Source: a bacterium | Lineage (GTDB): Bacteria > Omnitrophota > Gorgyraeia > Duberdicusellales > 4484-171 | NCBI GenBank assembly: GCA_021796115.1 | Contig: JAJYOP010000007.1 | Span: 6,867 to 70,866 of the forward strand | Length of the DNA stretch: 64,000 nt | Direction of reading: 5' to 3' | In this document: piece by piece, positions 9,621 through 17,105 of the stretch | Position numbering within the stretch: position 1 is the stretch's first letter | Layout: each line of letters begins with the position of its first letter | Program-made: the position numbers and the translations under genes | The notes under the pieces: generated by a model | What the model was told of the DNA's origin: nothing | Databases searched by the model: none | Seen by the model: only the letters and a program-made list of their open reading frames with translations

Positions 9621-10256
9621 ATGGCAAAGACAGCAAAAAAAACAAGAAAGGTAAAAATAGCCAGAAAAACAGCGGAAGTAAACATACAAGGTGAATTTAA
9701 CATTGATGGTTCGGGCAAAACCAATGTTAAAACTCCTTTTGAACCGCTCAATCATTTGCTTACGCTTTTTGCTTTTCATGGTTTGTTTGATTTGAATTTG
9801 CAGGCCAAAGGCGATTTAGAGCACCATATTATCGAAGATATCGGCATTGCCTTGGGAAAAGCTTTTAAGGATGCGCTTGGAGATAAAGCTGGCATAAACA
9901 GGTCTGCTTCGTTTTCTATGGCTATGGACAGGGTTGTTGTTGAAGCAAATGTAGATATAAGCGGAAGGCCAACATTACATCAAGCAAGGGGAAAAGGTAA
10001 TCCAGACTTTGCGGATATTTTAGAACGTGAAAGGTTTGATAATACTAACTTTAGTTTTAATGATGCAAAAGAATTTCTTGAGGCATTTGTCCAGCATGCA
10101 GGGATAAGCCTTGTCTATGATATCAAATCAGCAGAGGGAGATTTGCATCATCTTCTTGAAGCCTTGTTTAAAGCCCTGGGTAAAGCTTTAGATGAGGCTA
10201 CCAAAATCGATCCACGCAGAAAAGGCATACCGTCCACGAAGGGAATAATTGATTAA
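9621..10256 (+). CDS. hisB: imidazoleglycerol-phosphate dehydratase
   Basis: Duplicated IGPD metal motifs DLEHHIIEDIGIALG and GDLHHLLEALFKALG. Confidence 0.9.
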   Translation: MAKTAKKTRKVKIARKTAEVNIQGEFNIDGSGKTNVKTPFEPLNHLLTLFAFHGLFDLNLQAKGDLEHHIIEDIGIALGKAFKDALGDKAGINRSASFSMAMDRVVVEANVDISGRPTLHQARGKGNPDFADILERERFDNTNFSFNDAKEFLEAFVQHAGISLVYDIKSAEGDLHHLLEALFKALGKALDEATKIDPRRKGIPSTKGIID

Positions 10257-10258
10257 AT

Positions 10259-10312
10259 TATAATTCAAATCATCTGTGAACATCTCGCGATTTTTATCTG
10301 TGTTAATCTGTG
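10259..10312 (+). promoter_or_regulatory. TATAAT followed by phased ATCTGTG-type words upstream of hisH
   Basis: TATAAT 10259-10264; ATCT(G/C) words at 10272, 10282, 10296, 10306; hisH ATG 10320. Confidence 0.45.
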
Positions 10313-10319
10313 GAAAAAT

Positions 10320-10931
10320 ATGATTGTAATAATTGATTACGGAATGGGGAATTTAAGGAACGTGAAGAAAGCCTGTGAGTTTCTTGGCTCATCTGCTAAA
10401 GTAAGTGATTCTCTTTCTGTGATCAAAAAAGCAAAAAAAATCATTTTCCCCGGTGTCGGTAATTTCGGCGAGGCAGTAAGAGAATTAAAGAAAAGAAAAA
10501 TATTCGATACGCTTATCGAAGCTGCCGAAAGCAATGTGCCTTTTTTTGGCATTTGCGTAGGGATGCAACTTCTTCTTGAGGGTAGTGATGAAGCTCCGGG
10601 AGCAAAAGGCCTTGGGCTTTTAAAAGGAAAAGTTAAAAAATTTAATGCCAAAAAAATGATTGTCCCGCATATGGGCTGGAACCAGGTCAAAATCAAAAGT
10701 AACGCAGACAACGGATTGTTCAGCAATATTAAGGATGGGAGTTATTTTTATTTCGCACACTCTTATTATTGCGATATCAAAGATAAAAAAACTATTCTTG
10801 CCACTACTAAATACGGTGTAGATTTTGTCTCTAGCTGCAATAAAGAAAACATCTGGGGTGTGCAGTTTCACCCGGAAAAAAGCCAGAAATTAGGCTTAAA
10901 GCTGTTCGAAAATTTTCTTAAACTATGTTGA
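10320..10931 (+). CDS. hisH: imidazole glycerol phosphate synthase, glutaminase subunit
   Basis: Class I amidotransferase: PGVGNFG, nucleophile Cys in FFGICVGMQLL, FHPEKS. Confidence 0.93.
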   Translation: MIVIIDYGMGNLRNVKKACEFLGSSAKVSDSLSVIKKAKKIIFPGVGNFGEAVRELKKRKIFDTLIEAAESNVPFFGICVGMQLLLEGSDEAPGAKGLGLLKGKVKKFNAKKMIVPHMGWNQVKIKSNADNGLFSNIKDGSYFYFAHSYYCDIKDKKTILATTKYGVDFVSSCNKENIWGVQFHPEKSQKLGLKLFENFLKLC

Positions 10932-11644
10932 TAATTCCAGCAATTGATTTATACGATGGGAAAGTTGTCCGGTTTGTGAAAGGCTCACCGGCCCACTCAA
11001 CAACCTACAGCGGCAATCCGGTTTCTATCGCGCGTAAATGGAAAGAAGAAGGCGCAAGAGTTCTTCATATTGTAGATCTTTCCGCGGCATTAGGAGAATC
11101 CGATAACGCAGATATCATTGAGCATATCATCAAGGAAATCGATATCGATATCGAAGTGGGTGGAGGAATCCGCGATGCCGGAAAAGCGTTACGTTTTAAA
11201 AGGGCCGGCGCCAAACGGATAATCGTGGGAACAAAAAGCTTAGACGATAATTTTTTAAAAGAATTCTTAAGTGCTTTGGGTAAAAATGCCTTAGCCGTGA
11301 GCGTTGATACCAAAGATGGTTTTGTGGCAACCAGAGGTTGGCAGGAAAAGAGTAAACTTAAACCAATAGAGTTTATAGAGAAAATTATTGCTCTCGGCAT
11401 AAGGTGGATAATTTATACCGATATATCCAAAGACGGAACCCTTGAAGGATTAAATTTTAAGGCTTTAAAAGAGCTTTCCGTTTTTAAGGGTGTAAATTTC
11501 ATCGCTTCCGGCGGCGTCTCTGGTCTCTCTGACCTTAAAAAAGTCAAAGAAGAGCTTCCCTTTATCTGGGGTATAATCTCCGGCAAAGCCCTTTATGACA
11601 ATAAGTTAACTTTTGCCGAAGCAAATTCATTCCTGGAGAAATAA
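10925..11644 (+). CDS. hisA: ProFAR isomerase HisA
   Basis: MLIIPAIDLYDGKVVR.., VGGGIR, SGGV, ISGKALY typical of HisA (beta/alpha)8; 7-nt overlap with hisH. Confidence 0.9.
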   Translation: MLIIPAIDLYDGKVVRFVKGSPAHSTTYSGNPVSIARKWKEEGARVLHIVDLSAALGESDNADIIEHIIKEIDIDIEVGGGIRDAGKALRFKRAGAKRIIVGTKSLDDNFLKEFLSALGKNALAVSVDTKDGFVATRGWQEKSKLKPIEFIEKIIALGIRWIIYTDISKDGTLEGLNFKALKELSVFKGVNFIASGGVSGLSDLKKVKEELPFIWGIISGKALYDNKLTFAEANSFLEK

Positions 11645-11662
11645 CATAATAATTATGTAACC

Positions 11663-13095
11663 CCAAAGTGATAATGTCCCTTTTGGGCAAAGTAAAAATG
11701 TCCCCTTTTACAATTGCTATAATATCTCTCGAAGGAGGGTATTATGGCAAAGAGAGGCATTATCACAATGAAGCAGGAGGAACTAAAACGGCTCTACATC
11801 GTCCGTCAGGTACTGGATAAAAAGCTAAAACAGGTAGAAGCAGCGGATAAGCTTGCTTTGAGCTACCGTCAGACTAAACGAATAACTAAAAGAATAAAAG
11901 AAGAAGGCGATAAGGGAATAGTTCATAAATCAAGAGGTAAGCCCTCCCATAACCGTATAGCTCTTAAGATAAAGAATAAAGTAATCAATCTCTGCAGAGA
12001 TAAATATAAAGGCTTTGGCCCTACCCTAGCTACAGAAAAGCTCTTTGAAATCGAAAAGATAAGGCTTAGCGATGAAACTCTTCGGAACTGGCTCACCCAG
12101 GAAGGCCTTTGGCAGCGCAAGCGCAAACATAAAGAATACCGCGCCTGGCGCGAACGCAAGCACCGTTTCGGAGAAATGATTCAGTGGGACGGCTCGCATC
12201 ATGCCTGGCTTGAAGATAGAGGCCCCTGGTGCGTGTTGATCAGCCAGATTGACGATGCTACCAATAAGAAATCCGGACAGTTCTATCCTTACGAAGGAAC
12301 TTTGCCTGCCTTCTCAAGCCTTAAACAATACATAAGACGCTACGGCATACCCCATAGCATCTATTTAGACAGGCACACAACGTATAAATCAAACAAGAAG
12401 CTCTCAATTAAAGACGAACTGAATGACAGAGAATTCTTAAGCCGGTTCGAAAGAGCCGCCAAGGAATTAGGCATAACCATAATCCATGCCAATTCTGCTC
12501 CGGCTAAAGGAAGAATCGAGCGCTCTTTTAAAACCGACCAGGATCGCCTGGTCAAGGAAATGCGCCTTGCGAATATAGCTACCATTGAAGAAGCCAATAA
12601 GTTCCTAAAGAAATACTGGCCTAAACATAACAAAAGATTCAGCGTAAAATCCATAGAAGAAGGCAACCTGCACAGGCCGATACCCGAGGGCACAGACTTA
12701 GACGCTATCCTTTGCAAAAAGACCGAGCATGTTTTAAGAAACGATTTTACTGTCGGCCATAACAAGAAGTTCTATCAGATACTGGATAAGGCGATAGGCA
12801 AAAGCGTAACCGTCGAAGAAAGAATAAATGGCGCCCTTTATATTACTTACAACGGCAGGAAGCTTAAATACAAACAGGTAAAGGCCAGGCCAAAACAGAA
12901 TAAACCAAAGCTTAAACTAAAGAACAGAGTTAAACCGTCCATGGAACACCCCTGGAGGAAACCTTACGGTAAAAAGACGACAGCTTACGGAAAAGCGCTC
13001 TATCAAAATAAAAGCTATACCGAGGAATTAGTATTATCAGAGGTCTAAAAAGAGGCCATTTTAACTTTGGTAAAAAAGGGACATTTTAACTTTGG
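11663..13095 (+). mobile_element. ISNCY-type insertion sequence with duplicated ~23-bp terminal motifs
   Basis: Left end carries CCAAAGTGATAATGTCCCTTTTGG + GCAAAGTAAAAATGTCCCCTTTT. Right end carries the reverse complements AAAAGAGGCCATTTTAACTTTGG + AAAAGGGACATTTTAACTTTGG. One transposase gene inside. No flanking direct repeat seen. Confidence 0.85.
11744..13048 (+). CDS. DDE (rve-type) transposase, ISNCY family-like
   Basis: 434 aa. N-terminal HTH (KQEELKRLYIVRQVLDKKLKQVEAADKLALSYRQTKR). Candidate DDE residues in QWDGSHH, IYLDRH, GRIERSF. Architecture recalled from ISNCY-family transposases. Confidence 0.85.
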   Translation: MAKRGIITMKQEELKRLYIVRQVLDKKLKQVEAADKLALSYRQTKRITKRIKEEGDKGIVHKSRGKPSHNRIALKIKNKVINLCRDKYKGFGPTLATEKLFEIEKIRLSDETLRNWLTQEGLWQRKRKHKEYRAWRERKHRFGEMIQWDGSHHAWLEDRGPWCVLISQIDDATNKKSGQFYPYEGTLPAFSSLKQYIRRYGIPHSIYLDRHTTYKSNKKLSIKDELNDREFLSRFERAAKELGITIIHANSAPAKGRIERSFKTDQDRLVKEMRLANIATIEEANKFLKKYWPKHNKRFSVKSIEEGNLHRPIPEGTDLDAILCKKTEHVLRNDFTVGHNKKFYQILDKAIGKSVTVEERINGALYITYNGRKLKYKQVKARPKQNKPKLKLKNRVKPSMEHPWRKPYGKKTTAYGKALYQNKSYTEELVLSEV

Positions 13096-13118
13096 CTTGA
13101 CAACTCGCATTATAGTTG

Positions 13119-13146
13119 TTGACATGTCCCAAAATAAGCGTAATAT
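13119..13146 (+). promoter_or_regulatory. sigma70-type promoter (TTGACA-N16-TAATAT) for the csp leader
   Basis: TTGACA 13119-13124, TAATAT 13141-13146. Confidence 0.5.
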
Positions 13147-13183
13147 AAAAATACTTTGATAAAAGAAGATTAGCATTCTTGAG

Positions 13184-13220
13184 CCGTAAGGTTGGGAGGA
13201 ACTAACCTTACGGTTTTTTT
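13184..13220 (+). terminator. intrinsic terminator/attenuator inside the csp 5' leader
   Basis: CCGTAAGGTT (13184-13193) / AACCTTACGG (13204-13213), 10-nt loop, followed by T7 (13214-13220); lies 39 nt upstream of csp ATG. Confidence 0.7.
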
Positions 13221-13258
13221 GTTTATATGGGGCGTAAATCCATTAGGGGGGGGTAAAG

Positions 13259-13465
13259 ATGCATACAGGTAAGATTAAAAAATTAATAAAAGACCGCGGT
13301 TTTGGTTTTATCAGCGATACGGACGGCAACGAAGTATTTTTTCATAAGAACAGTTTAATTGATGTCCAATTTGAAGCCTTGGCCGAAAACCAGGCAGTGG
13401 AATTCGAAACGAAAAAAACCCCAAAAGGATCAAACGCTATCAACATTCGTATAGCAAATGAATAA
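13259..13465 (+). CDS. cold-shock domain protein
   Basis: 68 aa; RNP1-like GFGFI and RNP2-like VFFH motifs. Confidence 0.9.
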   Translation: MHTGKIKKLIKDRGFGFISDTDGNEVFFHKNSLIDVQFEALAENQAVEFETKKTPKGSNAINIRIANE

Positions 13466-14213
13466 GGATGGCATTCTAGCCGTAAGTAATTCCTGGTTAA
13501 TCTTCAAACAGTCGATACAGTCGGTGATAATATGGATTGTAGGGGCTGCTTTGATTGCTATCTTGTTCTTGGCGATGGCGTTATTGTCTATATTGCTCTA
13601 TCCTTTTGACCGTAAGCGTAAAATTGTTCACGCTCAGTGTTTTTGGTGGGCAGATGCAGTTATTGCGTTGAATCCTTATTGGAACGTACAAATAAAAGGC
13701 CTTGATAATATAGATCATAAAAAGACATATGTCATTGTGTCTAACCATCAGAGTTTGGCTGATATTGTATTAATGTATAAGACCAAGATGCAATTTAAGT
13801 GGGTAGCCAAAGATAGCCTTTTCAAAATTCCGGTGCTGGGGTGGAATATGTTACTTGCGCGCCATATCCGGATCGAGCGCGGTGATTTCTCAAGCATCAA
13901 GAAAGCTTACACGGAAGCTGGGGAATGGTTACGTAAAAAAGTATCGGTGGTATTCTTTCCCGAAGGGACCAGAAGCGTAAAAGAGAAAATAGGAGAGTTT
14001 CAAAATGGCGCATTTAAACTTGCGATCAAAGAAAAAGTTCCCATTTTGCCGGTGTTGATCAAGGGGACCAGAGACGCCATTCCCAAAGGAAGCTGGAGAT
14101 TTACGACTAAAATTTCCTGTGTTATAGAAGTGCTTGCGCCAATAGAAACCCATAATTTGCTCTCCAGCGATTTTACTAAATTGCGCGATTCTGTTAAAGC
14201 TCAATTATCTTGA
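13458..14213 (+). CDS. plsC: 1-acyl-sn-glycerol-3-phosphate acyltransferase
   Basis: NHQSLADI (NHxxxxD) and FPEGTRS motifs; N-terminal TM; ATG overlaps csp stop by 8 nt. Confidence 0.88.
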   Translation: MNKDGILAVSNSWLIFKQSIQSVIIWIVGAALIAILFLAMALLSILLYPFDRKRKIVHAQCFWWADAVIALNPYWNVQIKGLDNIDHKKTYVIVSNHQSLADIVLMYKTKMQFKWVAKDSLFKIPVLGWNMLLARHIRIERGDFSSIKKAYTEAGEWLRKKVSVVFFPEGTRSVKEKIGEFQNGAFKLAIKEKVPILPVLIKGTRDAIPKGSWRFTTKISCVIEVLAPIETHNLLSSDFTKLRDSVKAQLS

Positions 14214-14345
14214 TAAGGAAACAATAGGATATTAAAAACTGCAGTAACTAACCGTTTGATTAATTTTCTTAAATATGGTTTTTTCAAATATAATGTCTAT
14301 CTTAAAATGAATAGACACGCTTATCTGTTAGCAATCCAGAGAGTT

Positions 14346-14405
14346 AGGTGATTTATAGACAAAAAATAACGGACAAATTGGACAAATTTCGCGAGGAAAT
14401 CACCT
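14346..14405. repeat. hairpin/word element (AGGTGATTT ... AAATCACCT) with GACAAA words
   Basis: AGGTGATTT 14346-14354 is the reverse complement of AAATCACCT 14397-14405. The loop carries GACAAA at 14358, 14372, 14381. The ACGGACAAATT..GCTAAT part recurs at 29096-29136. Confidence 0.55.
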
Positions 14406-14423
14406 CTCTAAACCGCTAATTTC

Positions 14424-14452
14424 TTGATAATCACCACGTTTAGCCCTATAAT
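14424..14452 (+). promoter_or_regulatory. near-consensus sigma70 promoter TTGATA-N17-TATAAT
   Basis: TTGATA 14424-14429, TATAAT 14447-14452. Confidence 0.6.
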
Positions 14453-14458
14453 ACATAC

Positions 14459-14584
14459 CTGTAGACAAGGAGAGGTTTCCCTTCGTGGCATACGAGTGGG
14501 ACCCCAGTCTTTCTCGTCTCCAAGTGAGAGGAGAGAAGGTTAAGGCCCTGGTTACTTAACGTGACCAGGGCCTTAATTTTTGTT
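14459..14584 (+). ncRNA. candidate ~125-nt small RNA (promoter- and terminator-bounded copy of a dispersed repeat)
   Basis: Starts ~7 nt after TATAAT and ends at a 14-bp GC-rich hairpin plus U-run. No ATG/RBS inside. The 5' part is homologous to 52513-52578. Confidence 0.45.
14542..14584 (+). terminator. strong intrinsic terminator
   Basis: AAGGCCCTGGTTAC (14542-14555) / GTGACCAGGGCCTT (14561-14574), loop TTAAC, then AATTTTTGTT. Confidence 0.8.
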
Positions 14585-14588
14585 GCGC

Positions 14589-14696
14589 CATATTTCGGAG
14601 TTTCGAAAAGAATAAAGAAAGCCTTCCAATCTTCTAAAAGCTGTTTGTAGAGAAGATATCCTCGTAGGTAATATTTCTGCTCGTCCAAGGAAAACC
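14589..14696. repeat. dispersed intergenic repeat, family 1 (copy b)
   Basis: CCATAT..TTCGAAA..ATAAAGAAAGCC..AGCTGT..GAGA.GA..CCTCGT aligns at roughly 70-75 % (hand count) with 18920-19030. Confidence 0.6.
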
Positions 14697-14747
14697 GTTA
14701 CATCTATGCTAACAATCTATAGGTAATTAATAATATTTAACAATACG

Positions 14748-14775
14748 GGAACTTTTTTTATTTTGGATTGTCTAA
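14748..14775 (+). promoter_or_regulatory. ECF (RpoE-like) promoter GGAACTT-N16-TCTAA
   Basis: GGAACTT 14748-14754, GTCTAA 14770-14775; ~60-85 nt upstream of the first ORF of the operon that ends with an ECF sigma/anti-sigma pair. Confidence 0.55.
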
Positions 14776-14857
14776 TATAAAAGAACCAAGAAACAAAATA
14801 TAAAGGGCTCAAATTATATTAAAAAGGAGGCAAAATGAAAACATCAAGGTACTTATC

Positions 14858-15145
14858 ATGGACAATTTGTTAGTATCAATGGTTTGTGCTGCGTCGGTAT
14901 TATTACCAAAAATTTATGCTCAAAATATAGAAGATAATAACACAGATAATACTTTTAATAACGGCGATATGAACGAACAAAATCAAATAGTTGATTCAAG
15001 CCAAGACGTAAACGATACCTTAAGTAATCTTGAGACTATTAAAAATGATCAGCAGAAGAATACAGACGAAAACACAAAAGATAGCGATAATTCAGACAAA
15101 AATAACTCAAGCGATAATACAGGTAGCCAAGACGATTCAAAATAA
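14858..15145 (+). CDS. small secreted Asp/Asn-rich low-complexity protein (start uncertain, possible frameshift with ATG 14835)
   Basis: 95-aa ORF with hydrophobic N-terminus ending ..KIYA/QN; the only good RBS (AAGGAGG) serves ATG 14835 in another frame that stops after 12 codons. Confidence 0.4.
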   Translation: MDNLLVSMVCAASVLLPKIYAQNIEDNNTDNTFNNGDMNEQNQIVDSSQDVNDTLSNLETIKNDQQKNTDENTKDSDNSDKNNSSDNTGSQDDSK

Positions 15146-15267
15146 AAAACCATACATCTATAATGAGTTACCTAATAGTTAGTATTTTACTATTGCTTTA
15201 TATCGCACTTGTCTAAAAAACGCTTTTTCTCAAAACAGTTAGGCAAACATTATTAATGGGGGTAAAC

Positions 15268-15804
15268 ATGGCAAAACAGATTTTAAAAAGCAAAATTTGG
15301 ATAATTGCAATACTCGTATTTGCATTTTTACTATCTTCTTCTAACGCCTTTGCTTGGGGGCACGGTGGCAGATATTACTGGCATGGCGGAGGATGGCACA
15401 GGGATGGTTGGTTCTGGGGCGGAGTAGCAGTGAGCGCTTTAACTGTAGGAGCTGTAGTTGCTTCTCTCCCGCCTCATTATAAGGTTGTCTATACCGGTAA
15501 CGCCCCTTATTATTACGATGGCACTTATTATTACCAAAGCTACCCAAATGGTTACGTTATCATGGCGCCACCAGTGATTCAACCGGCGCCAGTCGTTGTA
15601 GTGCAGCCCCAAACTGCAACTGTTCCTGTTGCTCAGCTGCAAGCTCATAATCCAAATACAGTAGTCGTTAACGTTCCTAATCAAAATGGTACCTACACCG
15701 CGGTTACGCTCACAAAACATAAAACTGGTTATCTAGGGCCGCAAGGTGAGTATTACGAAGGGCATCCTACGGTTAAACAATTAAGAGTTTTGTACGGTAA
15801 ATAA
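15268..15804 (+). CDS. secreted Gly/Trp/Tyr-rich protein with conserved 45-aa C-terminal module
   Basis: Signal peptide ..SSNAFA/WGHGG; YYYDGTYYY segment; Pro/Val linker; C-terminus VNVPNQNGTYTAVTL..GYLGPQGEYYEGHPTVKQLRVLYGK shared with next gene. Confidence 0.65.
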   Translation: MAKQILKSKIWIIAILVFAFLLSSSNAFAWGHGGRYYWHGGGWHRDGWFWGGVAVSALTVGAVVASLPPHYKVVYTGNAPYYYDGTYYYQSYPNGYVIMAPPVIQPAPVVVVQPQTATVPVAQLQAHNPNTVVVNVPNQNGTYTAVTLTKHKTGYLGPQGEYYEGHPTVKQLRVLYGK

Positions 15805-15835
15805 CATTTCAATTAACTAATGGTATGAAAAGCTT

Positions 15836-16369
15836 ATGTTTAAAGTAAAAAGAAATACATTCTTAACAATTCTTAGTGTATCGACTTTTCTGTTGACCGG
15901 CTGTTCAGCGTTTGCTCCTTCGACGCAACAATTTAATGTCAACACAAACGCTTCCGATGCCCAGATATTCATCAATGGTTTTTACGTCGGCAGCGGAAGC
16001 GTAAAAACTATAGTTCCCCGTGATCACCCGCTTTATGTAACAGCTCAAAAGAACGGTTATCATCCAATATCTATGTATGTTGGCACAAGATTAAGCAAAT
16101 CCGGGACACTTGATTCTCTCGGAGCCATATTCATTCTGCCTATCATCGGTCTTGCATTTCCTGGTTCCCAAGAACTAGCAATGGAGACTGTTTCGTTAAT
16201 GTTTCCGATAATACAAAAAAATGCGCTGGCCGTAAATGTTCCCAATTCCAACGGTAGCTATACCGTTGTTAACTTGATACAGCGGGGCAATGGCTATATT
16301 GGGCCGCAGGGAGAATATTATGAAAGTTACCCAACAGTTGACCAATTAAAAGTTTTGTATGGTAAATAG
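15836..16369 (+). CDS. PEGA-domain lipoprotein with the same 45-aa C-terminal module
   Basis: Lipobox LLTGC; PEGA-like ASDAQIFINGFYVGSGSVKTIVP..YVTAQKNGY; C-terminus VNVPNSNGSYTVVNL..GYIGPQGEYYESYPTVDQLKVLYGK. Confidence 0.7.
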   Translation: MFKVKRNTFLTILSVSTFLLTGCSAFAPSTQQFNVNTNASDAQIFINGFYVGSGSVKTIVPRDHPLYVTAQKNGYHPISMYVGTRLSKSGTLDSLGAIFILPIIGLAFPGSQELAMETVSLMFPIIQKNALAVNVPNSNGSYTVVNLIQRGNGYIGPQGEYYESYPTVDQLKVLYGK

Positions 16370-16397
16370 GGGTTAGTAAACAAAAAAGGAGGAAGTC

Positions 16398-16925
16398 ATG
16401 AAATATGTTATTAGGTCTGTTGTTGCAATGTTTTGTGCGATGGCATTTTTTTCTCCATTAGCCTTTGCAGAAAAAAATTCTGGCGAATGCAATTTTACAC
16501 CGAAATATGGCAGGACATTGTTTGATAAAGATCACGAAGGAATGTTTTTGCGCAAAGCGCATTTAATTCTGATGAAAGCCAACGAATTGGGCCTAAGCGA
16601 TGAACAAATACAAAAGATAAAGACGCTCGATTACAATCTTAAAAAAAGCTTCATAAAGGATGATGCAGACATTAAATCATTGGCCTTGGATACAAGAGAG
16701 GCAACGGGCAAAGATGACATCGATCTCAATACTGTAAATTCACTCATCGACAAGAAATACGCCGCTAAAGCCGAAAAAGTTAAAGACGATATCCAGGCTT
16801 ATGCAAATCTCAAAAAGATTTTGACTCTGGAACAGAATAAAAAATTAAAAGAGATGCGATTTGCAGGTATGAAGGAAAGATTTTGGCATGGAAGGGATTT
16901 GCATCAGAAACCGGTGGAAAAATAA
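16398..16925 (+). CDS. periplasmic Spy/CpxP-like (LTxxQ-type) protein
   Basis: Signal peptide ..PLAFA/EK; helical, LSDEQIQKIK and LTLEQNKKLKEM repeats. Confidence 0.55.
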   Translation: MKYVIRSVVAMFCAMAFFSPLAFAEKNSGECNFTPKYGRTLFDKDHEGMFLRKAHLILMKANELGLSDEQIQKIKTLDYNLKKSFIKDDADIKSLALDTREATGKDDIDLNTVNSLIDKKYAAKAEKVKDDIQAYANLKKILTLEQNKKLKEMRFAGMKERFWHGRDLHQKPVEK

Positions 16926-17105
16926 CGAAGAGTATGATCCTGGAAGCTTTCGATAACTATATTATCGGAGGCTTCCAATAAAGGATGAATAGGGATTTAT
17001 AATAAGCTTTACTTACCAGTTAATTGCGTTATATTATGGTCAAATATATTAATGCAGTAAAGAAATTTTACCGGGCCGGCTTATCTAAGGTTAGCGAAAA
17101 TACCA

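Noticed and set aside
14446-14688. 80-aa minus-strand ORF, and similar minus ORF 52413-52640
   Set aside because: Both lie on dispersed repeat copies and on a terminator hairpin. The copies at 18.9 and 43.7 kb carry stops in the same frame. There is no RBS and no other minus-strand gene in the window.
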